A DNA stretch of 41,852 nt from Spartobacteria bacterium (lineage in GTDB: Bacteria > Verrucomicrobiota > Verrucomicrobiia > Chthoniobacterales > UBA10450), in contig JAJPJU010000188.1 in NCBI GenBank assembly GCA_021324035.1, forward strand, positions 1 to 41,852. Direction: 5' to 3'. Numbering within the stretch: position 1 is the first letter of the stretch; each line of letters starts with the position of its first letter. The notes below the pieces were generated by a model, which saw nothing but the letters and a program-made list of their open reading frames with translations, was not told where the DNA came from and ran no database searches. Position numbers and translations under genes: made by a program. Of this stretch, positions 23,679-32,884 are shown in pieces.

Positions 23679-24140
23679 ATGAAGACAAATTCGCACGACG
23701 TCGAATCGATCGACGCAATTATCGCAGCATCTTATGACGTCATTTCTGGCCCGCGCGGTAAAAAGCGCGATTGGGACCGCGAGCGATCGCTGTTTTATCC
23801 CGGCGCGCGATTAATTCCAACTGCCACGGTTCCTGGACAAACGAACGTCGGTCTGGCGCCTTTGGTGTTGGACGTCGAAGGCTACATCGCTCGCGTCGAA
23901 CCGATTTTTGACAAAGAGGGCTTTTACGAAACAGAAGTCGCGCGTCGCACCGAAGAGTTCGGACGGATCGCGCAGGTTTGGAGCACCTACGAGTCGCGTC
24001 ACGATCCGAGCGAAGTGGAGCCATTTATGCGGGGCATAAACAGCTTCCAGCTTTTCGACGACGGAAAGCGTTGGTGGATCCTCTCGGTTTACTGGCAGCA
24101 CGAAAGTTTGCGGCACCCGTTGCCCGAAAAGTACCTTTGA
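23679..24140 (+). CDS. hypothetical protein, probably NTF2-like/SnoaL-like fold
   Basis: ATG at 23679 gives MKTNSHDVESIDAIIAASYDVISG. The C-terminal INSFQLFDDGKRWWILSVYWQHE pattern is typical of NTF2-like cone proteins. The fold call is tentative. Confidence 0.55.
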   Translation: MKTNSHDVESIDAIIAASYDVISGPRGKKRDWDRERSLFYPGARLIPTATVPGQTNVGLAPLVLDVEGYIARVEPIFDKEGFYETEVARRTEEFGRIAQVWSTYESRHDPSEVEPFMRGINSFQLFDDGKRWWILSVYWQHESLRHPLPEKYL

Positions 24141-24149
24141 TCTGCAGCA

Positions 24150-24662
24150 ATGCGGCTTTGGACGATTCATCCGCAATATCTCGACACCAAAGGCTTGCTC
24201 GCGGCCTGGCGCGAAGGATTGCTCGCCCAAAAGGTTCTGCTCGGTCGAACGCGAGGTTACACTCGCCATCCCCAGCTTCGCCGATTTCAGGCAACGGCTT
24301 CTCCAACGGAAGCCATCTCCATTTACCTCGCGGAAATTGCGAACGAAGCCGATCGTCGCGGCTACAAATTCAACCGGACAAAAATCTTAATCGGCCAATG
24401 CGAAGGGAAACTCCCGGAGACACGCGGGCAATTGCTCTTCGAATGGTCGCATTTGAAACGAAAATTGCGGCGCCGGGCTCCGCGATCTTATCGGGCGTGC
24501 TGCAAAATTGAGGTCCCGCGAGCACATCCACTGTTTCGAATCGTAGCCGGCCCAGTTCAAGACTGGGAAAAGACGAATTCGGGAAAACAAACGGTTAGTC
24601 GGACGGCGGCGAAGCATCGGGCCGCACCGGGTGGGAAGCGGCATGCTTCTTCTCGACCTTGA
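24150..24662 (+). CDS. pyrimidine dimer DNA glycosylase / endonuclease V (DenV-like) family protein
   Basis: MRLWTIHPQYLDTKGLLAAWREGLLAQKVLLGRTRGYTRHPQLRRF matches the characteristic N-terminus of this family. The conserved part ends near HPLFRIVAGPVQDWEK. The basic tail of about 25 aa may be read-through. Confidence 0.75.
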   Translation: MRLWTIHPQYLDTKGLLAAWREGLLAQKVLLGRTRGYTRHPQLRRFQATASPTEAISIYLAEIANEADRRGYKFNRTKILIGQCEGKLPETRGQLLFEWSHLKRKLRRRAPRSYRACCKIEVPRAHPLFRIVAGPVQDWEKTNSGKQTVSRTAAKHRAAPGGKRHASSRP

Positions 24663-24852
24663 GCGGCGGTTTCGGCCGGCCTTCGCGATAATGTTTCGTT
24701 CCAACGCCTAACAAAAGAGCGGCGATCACGAAAGTAACCACGCGTTTTTCTTCCGATGTGAGAACCAGGCGGTGTCTCAGTTCTTCCCACCTCCAAGTGC
24801 TCGGAATCTTCAAGGTTTCGCGCCCGGACGTGGCCGTATCCGGATCGAGCAA
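24595..24852 (-). CDS. possible small single-TM protein (uncertain)
   Basis: 85-aa ORF with a TTG start. LTSEEKRVVTFVIAALLLGVGTKHYREG resembles the N-terminal anchors of ComEA-like proteins. It overlaps both neighbours (24595-24662 and 24810-24852). Weak support. Confidence 0.3.
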   Translation of the reverse strand: MLDPDTATSGRETLKIPSTWRWEELRHRLVLTSEEKRVVTFVIAALLLGVGTKHYREGRPKPPLKVEKKHAASHPVRPDASPPSD

Positions 24853-25160
24853 TAGTTGCCTTTGATGTTTAGGTCGTAGTAACGCGCCTTCGAATTTGCG
24901 GTCATCAATTCACGATAAACCGACGGCGTGATCTCGAGGTAGCGATAGACTGCGCCATTCAGAAATTCGATTTCCAGGATGTGACGGCGTCTGCTGTAGC
25001 CGATTGACGCAATCGCGGTTGATTCAACCAGATGATGCGGGATGTGAGAAATCACTACTTTGCACGCATCGCTTTGAATGTTTCCGTGAACCGAATTGGC
25101 ACCGACGGCCAAATCGAAAGCGCAGACTAACGAACACAACGACAGAAGTTTCGCGTTCAT
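24810..25160 (-). CDS. secreted KTSC-domain protein
   Basis: Signal-like MNAKLLSLCSLVCAFDLAVG. KTSC pattern: IASIGYSRRRHILEIEFLNGAVYRYLEITPSVYRELMTANSKARYYDLNIKGNY. Confidence 0.75.
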   Translation of the reverse strand: MNAKLLSLCSLVCAFDLAVGANSVHGNIQSDACKVVISHIPHHLVESTAIASIGYSRRRHILEIEFLNGAVYRYLEITPSVYRELMTANSKARYYDLNIKGNYCSIRIRPRPGAKP

Positions 25161-25293
25161 GGGGGAACGATTCCTCTTCGATTACCACGCTCCGAATATT
25201 CAGGTCGAGCGAAATGTCAGTTGTCGCGCACTTTGAAATTTCTACACGGCTGACACGGCCATTTCCCGCTGAGGCTCGATTCAGATTAATGTC

Positions 25294-26541
25294 ATGAAGA
25301 CGACACTGATAACTTTTATCTGGATGGCACTCGCAGTTTCTGCGTTTGCCGGGAAACGCCCGAAACCGACGCCGACTCCGGTGCCAACGCCAGTCACCGT
25401 GGGGGTTGACGGCAATGAACCGATTGTAGCGGCCGCGCCGGATGGAACGCTCTACATCAGCGCGCTGCAGCACATTTACAGTTCGACCGATTCCGGAGCG
25501 ACTTGGACAGAATTACTCGGCCCGATTTACGCTTCGAGCATCAATCTGAATTCGGACAGTTCAATCTCGGTCGATCCCGGCAACCGTCTTTATTTCACGT
25601 TCGATTATCCCTATGCCGGAACCACCGCCGTCTGCACCAGCGACGATCGCGGAGTCACCTGGAATTGTAATCCAGCGGTAGTGCCCGGTGGGACCGACCG
25701 TATGTGGACGCTCGCACCAACTTTGACCGACGACTACGAAGTCACGAACGAAGGTTTGTACGAAACATCATTTCTTCACAGCAGCGACCGCGGCACGACG
25801 TGGACGCCCACCTCCGTCGGAAGCGGATTACTCGAACCGCAATCGGGACCATTGCTGCAACGGCCCGGCATGACCGACGTTTTACAAATCATTAAGATTA
25901 ACGGGACACTGCCGCAGGAGACTCCCGAATTAAAAGTTTACGTTTACCATCCTGAAGCAACCGGATCGATCATCTCCGATATTCGCTCGACCGGGATGCC
26001 GCTCCCGCTTGCGTTACCGAGCGCCGCTTACGGACGCGATGGTCAACTTTGGGTCGCATCAGAGGAGTTAAATGCTGCCGGCGGAAAACAAGTGGTGCTT
26101 GCACGATCGACCAACGATGGAGTGACTTGGAGCAAACTTGCGCCGATTCCCGGAACCACCAGCGGCACGGCGATCTTCAGCTGGGTCGCGGCCGGCGGAG
26201 CTGGTCATGTCGGCGTCATCTATTATTATACTCCGGACAACGGAGACCCGGGCTCGCTCACGAATTCGACCTGGTCGACAATGTGGGCCGAGTCATTCAA
26301 CGCCGACAGCCCGACCCCGACGTGGACCGTCACAAATGTCGAATCTGCCATTCACACCGGTGCGATCTGCGTCGCCGCCGGTTGCAGTGGCGATAATCGA
26401 TTTGCCGGCGATTTCATCAATTCCCTCATCGACGCGAACGATGTCGCGCACTTGACCTGGGTGAAGGAAGACATGGCGACGACCAACACGACAATCCGTT
26501 ACGAGCAAATCAAATCATCGGCGCCGGCGACCAAACGTTAA
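25294..26541 (+). CDS. secreted BNR/Asp-box repeat (sialidase-like beta-propeller) protein
   Basis: Signal peptide MKTTLITFIWMALAVSAFA followed by a P/T-rich linker. Four SxDxGxTW Asp-boxes: SSTDSGATWT, TSDDRGVTWN, SSDRGTTWT, STNDGVTWS. Confidence 0.75.
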   Translation: MKTTLITFIWMALAVSAFAGKRPKPTPTPVPTPVTVGVDGNEPIVAAAPDGTLYISALQHIYSSTDSGATWTELLGPIYASSINLNSDSSISVDPGNRLYFTFDYPYAGTTAVCTSDDRGVTWNCNPAVVPGGTDRMWTLAPTLTDDYEVTNEGLYETSFLHSSDRGTTWTPTSVGSGLLEPQSGPLLQRPGMTDVLQIIKINGTLPQETPELKVYVYHPEATGSIISDIRSTGMPLPLALPSAAYGRDGQLWVASEELNAAGGKQVVLARSTNDGVTWSKLAPIPGTTSGTAIFSWVAAGGAGHVGVIYYYTPDNGDPGSLTNSTWSTMWAESFNADSPTPTWTVTNVESAIHTGAICVAAGCSGDNRFAGDFINSLIDANDVAHLTWVKEDMATTNTTIRYEQIKSSAPATKR

Positions 26542-27197
26542 CGGCCGAGTGGCGTAGCCACTTCCGTCCCGGCGGGCGGTGTGAACTCGAATGTCGACTC
26601 CGGAATCGCCGCATGCGTCTGGTTGGAATACACCGTGACAATTTGATCTCCGCCGGGCTGAATCATGTCGGTCTTTTCAGCGGCGAAATCACTGTTCAAC
26701 CGCAAATCGAACTGCTGGAACATTCGTTTTGTCGAAGGCGAACGGGGCAAAAGCCGCAGGTCGTAACCATTCCCGGTTTTGGCGCCCGTAATGTGGAATG
26801 TATTTTCGACATTCTCCAGATTTAGCGCGGTGTTGATTGCGGCAATGACCGCGTCGACCGGAGAATGTTTGCCTAAGGTGTAGTGCTCAGCCGATTTGAA
26901 ATTCGGGTAGTAGATCCAGAGATCGCGGCCATTGCTCACTGTCATGCTCGGGGAATTGCCGGTGACTTCGCGCCGAAATTTATTGGGCGCGTGAAACCAA
27001 ATTTTGCCGGAACTCACCAGCGGCTTATTCATCAGATGAATCGTTTTTTGTTCCTGGAAACTGGCGTGAACGTCAGGAGTCGAGGCCCGATGTTCCCGAA
27101 TTCGAGCCAGCAAACTCTTTATGTCGGCCGGACTAAGCGATTGCGCGTGGGCGAGCGAGGCCGTGAGCATCAAGCCAAATAGGAAAGGGTATCGCAT
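26538..27197 (-). CDS. LolA-like outer-membrane lipoprotein carrier family protein
   Basis: 219 aa. Signal MRYPFLFGLMLTASLAHA. The F.Q......L..P..S.G...F..P.KFR......P.......G..LW.Y.P pattern (ASFQEQKTIHLMNKPLVSSGKIWFHAPNKFRREV...GRDLWIYYP) is typical of LolA-like proteins. Confidence 0.7.
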   Translation of the reverse strand: MRYPFLFGLMLTASLAHAQSLSPADIKSLLARIREHRASTPDVHASFQEQKTIHLMNKPLVSSGKIWFHAPNKFRREVTGNSPSMTVSNGRDLWIYYPNFKSAEHYTLGKHSPVDAVIAAINTALNLENVENTFHITGAKTGNGYDLRLLPRSPSTKRMFQQFDLRLNSDFAAEKTDMIQPGGDQIVTVYSNQTHAAIPESTFEFTPPAGTEVATPLGR

Positions 27198-27212
27198 GTG
27201 AGGATATCGTTC

Positions 27213-29750
27213 TTATATCGACTCCGGCGGACCGCTTTCGTTCCATTTTTTTGGTTTCGCCGCCGCCATCGCGGGCAAAGTAAAGAATATTGTCGCAACC
27301 AGACTCCAGAAAATTCCAATGGCGCAGGCGACTCCGAGTCCGCTGAGGGAAGGATTGTGGGCCCAGCCTAACGAGCCAAATCCGCAGACCGCGGTCAGAC
27401 CTGCGAGAATGACGGGCTTGATTACACCAGCCACATCGTGTTCGAGCTCGCGCGTCTTCTGCCAGACCAGAACAACATAAATCCCGTAATCTACTCCGAT
27501 GGCCAGCACCAGCCGGAACGAGAGCACATTGAGCAAATTCAGATGGATGTTCAGAAGTTTCATCGTTGCCATCATCGCGCCGAGTCCGAACCCGAGCGTA
27601 ATCACCTGAAGCAGCCACAATCGAAAATCTCGATAGAGAACCGCGAGCAGCGAAACATCGAAAATCGCCATCAGCGCGCTGATAATCAAAAGCTGCCGGT
27701 GCGACCACGGCTGAAGGTCGGCCAAAGTATAACTCCAGCCGGAGAGGATCATTGGAACATCGGGGACCGCTAATTCGCGCCCGAGCTGCTCCGATTGGAC
27801 ATGCATCGTCACCGGCTCCGGGGTGGTCGCGAATCCCGTGGTCAGCAGCGGGTCTTTGGCAAAGTAACGGTCGACCAGGAACCACCAGCCGGCTCCCTTG
27901 GGCAGCTGTTTTCGCCAGTCCGGCAGGGGAGCCGTGGGGTTGGCGACCGACTGCAACTCGTCGAGCAGCTTGAACGCGGGTGAAAAGGAATCGCGACTGA
28001 ACCCTTCGGTAGCGAGCGTTTGTTCCAAGCTCGTACGTATTGTTTGAAAATCTACTTTACCAAGGCTTTGCCGATTTTTTTCCATCCAAACCGGAGAAAG
28101 GCAAAGCGCTGCCGGCGTCGTAAAACCTTTGAGTTTTCCTGCCTTTTGAAGCTCCGACCAGTGCGCCGAGACCTTCTGCCAGTCATCATGCAGCTCCTGG
28201 GCATTTCGGGCCCGGACGATTGCCAGCACCGGTTCCCACCGGGTTGGCATTTTCGCCATGATCGCTTGCAAAGCCTGGCTGGCCCGACTGTTCCGTGGCT
28301 CAAGCGACCGGACACTGGCTTCAAACCGCAACGGCGGAACCGGCGAGAATCCAATGGCACTCAAGGCAAGAAACAGGATCGCGGAAAAAACCAGCATTGG
28401 TCCGGGCCGATTGACCGTCCATCGGACGTACTTTTTCACGATCTCGAATACCCAATCGTGCTGCTGCGGAGGTTGGTCCGGTTTGATGAACAGAAAAAGA
28501 ATCGTGCACATGAACAGGCCGGCGAAAAAAATCCCGATCGCGATCAGAACGCCCAGTTGCGAGAATCCCATCGATCCGCTCAGGACAAGAGCGAGGAAGC
28601 CGACCGCGGTCGTTAGCGCGCCGAAAAAGACCGCGCGTCCGAGTTTGGCAACCGCCGTGGCGATGGCTTGCTGATAATCCTCGCCATCAATTCGCGCCTG
28701 TTGATAGCGTCCGAAAATCAGGATCGCGAAATCAACGCCGAGTCCAACCAGGATCGCGCAAAAACCAACCGCCAACATGCTGAGCCTGCCGAAGACAAGG
28801 AGGCCAACCGCCAGGGCGACCAGGCACGAAAGCAGCAACGCGAAGCCCATTCCGAGCAATGGGATCCAGCGGCGAAAACCGATAAAGAAGACGAGACCAA
28901 CCAGCAGAACGGAACTCCCAAGCGTCGCCACGATATCGTAGCGCATGCTCAGGGATATTTCGGAGACATACGCAGAGCGGCCGGTGACAAGAACCTCCAA
29001 CGGTCCACCGTCCCATCCTGCGTTCGCCTGCGCGCGAAAAGCGTTCACCTGACGCATCAACCGCTGACATTCGAATGCGCTGAGTGACGATTGATTCGTC
29101 ACCACCAGAAAAATTCGCAGCGTTCGATCCGGGGAGGTGAGCGGTTGCTCCTGCTCGATTGCATTTGCTTCCGCGAACGGCTTCAGCGCGGGGCCAATCA
29201 CACCCAACGGATCGAGACCGAGTTCGAATTGCGGTCGGGGCGAACCGGCCTCGATCTCCAGTCGCATGCGATGCAGCCGTTCACGAATCTTTTCCGGCTG
29301 CAATGTCGCCATCGTCTGGTCGAACGCCGCCGGCTCCAAGTTCAGCAGCAGCGGGACAGCGATTGTTTGAAGATCGCGAACACCTTCCGGCGTTTCCATC
29401 GGTGAACCGGCCAGCACCCGTTCGCACCACGGTTGCTTACGCAGATTTTCAGCAAACTGCGGCGCGAATTCTTCGAGTTTGTCGACGTCCTGCGGCTGGC
29501 AGTGCAACGCGAAGGTCAGCTCGCGCGTCTGTTCGAAGTCGCGGTCATAAATTTTCAACCCGTCGATCGATCGGAATCCGCTCGGCAGCATGTTGATTAC
29601 GTCGGAGTCGACTTCGATTCGGGCGATCAGAATCGCGATACAAACGAACGCCAGCGCCGCCACGCCGAGCCAGATCAGCGCGCGACGTTGCGCCATAAAC
29701 CGCGCAATCAGATCGCTTGTCCGCATAATGAAGTCGTTAGTGTTCTGCAA
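27213..29750 (-). CDS. MMPL/RND-superfamily membrane transporter
   Basis: 845 aa with two repeated halves, each a TM bundle plus a large loop. MMPL-type motifs LVGLGVDFAILIFGRY and VLAIGVDYGIYVV are present. The start could also be the ATG at 29726. Confidence 0.85.
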   Translation of the reverse strand: MQNTNDFIMRTSDLIARFMAQRRALIWLGVAALAFVCIAILIARIEVDSDVINMLPSGFRSIDGLKIYDRDFEQTRELTFALHCQPQDVDKLEEFAPQFAENLRKQPWCERVLAGSPMETPEGVRDLQTIAVPLLLNLEPAAFDQTMATLQPEKIRERLHRMRLEIEAGSPRPQFELGLDPLGVIGPALKPFAEANAIEQEQPLTSPDRTLRIFLVVTNQSSLSAFECQRLMRQVNAFRAQANAGWDGGPLEVLVTGRSAYVSEISLSMRYDIVATLGSSVLLVGLVFFIGFRRWIPLLGMGFALLLSCLVALAVGLLVFGRLSMLAVGFCAILVGLGVDFAILIFGRYQQARIDGEDYQQAIATAVAKLGRAVFFGALTTAVGFLALVLSGSMGFSQLGVLIAIGIFFAGLFMCTILFLFIKPDQPPQQHDWVFEIVKKYVRWTVNRPGPMLVFSAILFLALSAIGFSPVPPLRFEASVRSLEPRNSRASQALQAIMAKMPTRWEPVLAIVRARNAQELHDDWQKVSAHWSELQKAGKLKGFTTPAALCLSPVWMEKNRQSLGKVDFQTIRTSLEQTLATEGFSRDSFSPAFKLLDELQSVANPTAPLPDWRKQLPKGAGWWFLVDRYFAKDPLLTTGFATTPEPVTMHVQSEQLGRELAVPDVPMILSGWSYTLADLQPWSHRQLLIISALMAIFDVSLLAVLYRDFRLWLLQVITLGFGLGAMMATMKLLNIHLNLLNVLSFRLVLAIGVDYGIYVVLVWQKTRELEHDVAGVIKPVILAGLTAVCGFGSLGWAHNPSLSGLGVACAIGIFWSLVATIFFTLPAMAAAKPKKWNESGPPESI

Positions 29751-29847
29751 CTAATCGCCGTTTACAACGGCTGAAGCTGTCATTAACACCGCGCCGGTGA
29801 AACGCGCTCTCCCCAGCGCGTTCAATCGAGGGCGAAGGTCGATCCAC

Positions 29848-30300
29848 CTAAAATCGGAAAACGAAAGTTTCCGATCCCCAAACATGTCGCACTTGATGTC
29901 GATTTTGTGAATGGATGATCGCGTCCCGCAATCCAAGCCAGCCTCGCAGTTGTTGGGGCGCGTGGTCGATCGATCCAGACCAGCCCCGGCCGGCGAGGGC
30001 ACCGCGTCCTTCAGCGAACTGCGCGTCTTGTCGGAGGGTTAATAGCGCCACCGGTCCCTTCGAGAACCTCAGTTCGAAATCTCCCGTGTTTGAAAACCGG
30101 ACAAAGGCCTCGCCGATGACTGTTGTTTTCGGGGTGCGATAGAGAAGCTGACCACTGCGCGTCTGCCAAGTTGCTGCCGGTTGGGCGAATTGATGCGTCG
30201 ATACCGTCGCACAGCTGCCTAAAAAAAGCGCAGCCAAGAACAGGTAGCGGCGACTGACCCCAGTCGCCATCGCGATTCGATGAATCGCCGCTATCCTCAT
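29848..30300 (-). CDS. small lipoprotein-like protein of the export module
   Basis: Lipobox-like RRYLFLAALFLGSC. The start ATGA overlaps the stop of the upstream flavoprotein gene (30297-30300). An alternative start is the ATG at 30270. No family recognised with confidence. Confidence 0.6.
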   Translation of the reverse strand: MRIAAIHRIAMATGVSRRYLFLAALFLGSCATVSTHQFAQPAATWQTRSGQLLYRTPKTTVIGEAFVRFSNTGDFELRFSKGPVALLTLRQDAQFAEGRGALAGRGWSGSIDHAPQQLRGWLGLRDAIIHSQNRHQVRHVWGSETFVFRF

Positions 30301-31587
30301 GATGCCATATCGGCTGTTTTAGGGACCAGGCTCAGTCGCGGTGAAAGCGCGACGAATCTTTGGGCGAACACAAAAAAGTAAAACAGCCACATCCGCCATT
30401 TGATCGCGAGACTTCTGCCTTCGTTTCCCGCGAGAACCGCATTCACCGCCGCCGCGATTTGCATCGTTTCCGTGGGATTGAGAAAAACTTCCAGGAATTC
30501 GCGGCTGCGCTCATACCACGCATTCACAAATGTCAGATAGGTATCCATGACCCGGTTCACCGCGCGGGAATATTTGTTGAACAAATGCTGGCGCTTCCGT
30601 TCGTCCTGCAAAACTTCGTTCAAGATATCCGCGGCCCTTTCGGCGGACATGAGCGCCAGAAAAACGCCGCTGCTGAAAACCGGATCGATAAAACCGGCGG
30701 CGTCTCCGACCATCAGCCAGCGGTCTCCGGTGAGTTGCAAATTGCGATAGGAATAATCCGTCGCCGAATAAACCGGCGACACGCGGACGGCGTCTTTCAT
30801 TCTTTCGGCCATCAACGGTTGATCCGCGATAAATTTTTCGAGCGCGACTTCGGGTGAAAGTTTCGCCCCTCGAAACGCTTTCGTATCCATTACCACGCCG
30901 ATGCTGGTTCGCGTTTCGGTCAACGGAATCATCCAGAACCAGCGATCGAGTCCGCGCACCATCCGAATCAAGGTCGCGTCTTTGCCGGGGAGGCGATCGA
31001 TATTCTCGTAATGCGCGAATACCGAAAATTTTTGGAGATGGTCGTAGGTTTTTTTCACCTTCAACCGGCTTCCGAGCAGCGTTTGGCGTCCGCTGCAATC
31101 GAGCAAGTAACGCGCTTCGATCTTGGACTGTTCACTGTTGGCGCATTCAATTTCGATTTTCACCCGGTCGTCGGCGAAATCGATCTTCGTTACTTCCGTT
31201 TCCTCAAACTTCCGCGCCGCTCTCGCGGGAATGATCCAACAGTAACTTATCAAAGTCGGATCGCGTGACTTGATAGGCCTGATCGCGCTGCGAGCGGAAA
31301 CCGTCTTTGAAATAAAACTTTACCCCGCGCGTTCCGCAGGCCGCCATGATTTCGCCCCCGAACTTCGGGAGAAAAGCGCGATCAAGTTTCTCACGTACGC
31401 CGAGGCGATCGAATGTCTTCATGCTGAACGGCAGCAATGATTCGCCAATATGAAAACGGGGAAACTTTTCGCGTTCGAGCACAATCACGCGACGGCCGGC
31501 TTTGGCCAGCAGGGTTGCGGCCGTTCTTCCCGCCGGCCCGCCCCCGACGATGGCGACATCGTAGATCTCTGCCTTATTCACTGTCAC
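30297..31587 (-). pseudogene. FAD-dependent oxidoreductase (geranylgeranyl-reductase / halogenase-like family) interrupted by a 1-nt frameshift at about 31206-31209 (or an assembly error)
   Basis: The N-terminal ORF 31204..31587 (YDVAIVGGGPAGRTAATLLAKAGRRVIVLEREKFPR...LLDHSRESGAEV*) continues in the +1 frame as EETEVTKIDF... in ORF 30297..31253 (LMVGDAAGFIDPVFSSGVFLA). Removing one T from the gttt run restores GAEVEETEV. Confidence 0.7.
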
Positions 31588-31617
31588 ACCTTAGCAAAAT
31601 GTTCGTTTTTTGACAGG

Positions 31618-31662
31618 GGCCGTTGCCTTCAACGGCCCGCGGGCGATTAAGGGCAATCGCCC
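31618..31662. promoter_or_regulatory. twin perfect hairpins in a divergent intergenic region
   Basis: ggccgttg-cctt-caacggcc (31618-31637) and gggcgatt-aagggc-aatcgccc (31641-31662), between the flavoprotein gene (-) and lptF/G (+). Function unknown. Confidence 0.4.
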
Positions 31663-31687
31663 CTACCTGTGCTAACGTTTGCTGCCG

Positions 31688-32794
31688 ATGAAGCTGATCG
31701 ACAAATTCGTCAGTCGCGAGCTGCTCGTGAACATCCTGTTCGCAATCGCGGTCCTCAGCCTGGTTCTCGTGATCGGCAATATTTTCAGGAAACTATTGCC
31801 GCTGCTGGTGAATCACGACGTTCCCGTCGAATATTTGATTGCGTTCATTGCCTACGTTTTTCCGTTTTCGCTCATCTTCACCATTCCGTGGGGTTTATTA
31901 ACTGCGATCCTGCTCGTTTTCGGCCGCTTGTCGGCTGACAACGAACTCATTGCTCTCCGGGCCAACGGGGTGAGCGTTCCGCGCGTCGCCATTTCACTCG
32001 GGGTCATTTCGGCCGTTTGCTGCGCGATCTGTTTGTGGCTCACCGTTTACGTTTCGCCGGCCACGCAGCAAAAAATGCGCAGCACGATATTCGATCTTGC
32101 GACGCGCGATCCGATGGCCCTGTTCGGCAGCGATCAGGTGATCGATCAATTTCCAGGGCGAAAAATTTACGTTGGCAAAAAGGAAGGCAACAAGCTCGAG
32201 AACATCACCGTGTTTGAGGTCGACAATAAATCGATGCCAATGCGGGTGACTTTTGCCCGCACCGGGATGCTCGAGGCCGATCTCGATAACAAGCGGATTC
32301 TGATGCATCTCTACAACGCGCGTTATCAGCAGCGCGACGAAAAAGACCCGACCGATCTGCGTAAAATCAAAGACGGCATCAGCATGCAGGAGGGGACATT
32401 GCCAATCAGTCTCGACGAACTTTACGAGAAAGAGAAAAAACGCCCCAGCCGATCGGCGATGTCGATCGAGCAGTTGATCGATCAATTGAACAGCGAAAGC
32501 ACGCGCGAACGCAGTGAAAGCCGGACCGAGATTAACAAACGTTTTTCATTTCCCTTCGCCTGCGTGGCGTTCGCGATTATTGGAGTTCCGCTCGGCGTAA
32601 CCGCCCACCGCCGCGAAACCTCGGTTGGTTTCGCCATGGCCCTGATTGTTGCGGTCGCTTATTTTCTTTTCGTCATCATCGCCGACACGCTGCGGGGAAA
32701 TCCCAAAGTTCACCCGGAAATTCTGATCTGGGTGCCAAACGTTCTGTTCATCGTTCTCGGCATTCTTCTGTTCCGAAGATTGGCGAAGCAGTAG
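31688..32794 (+). CDS. LptF/LptG-family (YjgP/YjgQ) LPS export permease
   Basis: ATG at 31688 gives MKLIDKFVSRELLVNILFAIAVLSLVLVIGNIF. FPFSLIFTIPWGLLTAILLVFGRLSADNELIALRANGVS is the family signature. A periplasmic loop is followed by 3 C-terminal TM segments. Confidence 0.85.
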   Translation: MKLIDKFVSRELLVNILFAIAVLSLVLVIGNIFRKLLPLLVNHDVPVEYLIAFIAYVFPFSLIFTIPWGLLTAILLVFGRLSADNELIALRANGVSVPRVAISLGVISAVCCAICLWLTVYVSPATQQKMRSTIFDLATRDPMALFGSDQVIDQFPGRKIYVGKKEGNKLENITVFEVDNKSMPMRVTFARTGMLEADLDNKRILMHLYNARYQQRDEKDPTDLRKIKDGISMQEGTLPISLDELYEKEKKRPSRSAMSIEQLIDQLNSESTRERSESRTEINKRFSFPFACVAFAIIGVPLGVTAHRRETSVGFAMALIVAVAYFLFVIIADTLRGNPKVHPEILIWVPNVLFIVLGILLFRRLAKQ

Positions 32795-32842
32795 TCGTTT
32801 TGTCATTCCGACCGAAGTGGAGGAATCTCTCGCTCAGGTAGC

Positions 32843-32883
32843 GGCGGCTCACCGAGCCGCCATGGCGATTGAGGTCAATCGCC
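32843..32883. terminator. hairpins between convergent genes
   Basis: ggcggctc-acc-gagccgcc (32843-32861) and ggcgatt-gaggtc-aatcgcc (32864-32883), the latter abutting the TAG of the minus-strand gene (32885-32887). No clear U-tract. Confidence 0.4.
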
Positions 32884-32884
32884 G

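Noticed and set aside
29751-29847. Hairpins gccgtt-tac-aacggc and aacgcgct-ctcccc-agcgcgtt between the lipoprotein and MMPL genes as a regulatory element.
   Set aside because: These are short intra-operon stems with no repeat elsewhere in the window and no U-tract. They are plausible mRNA structure, but there is nothing specific to claim.
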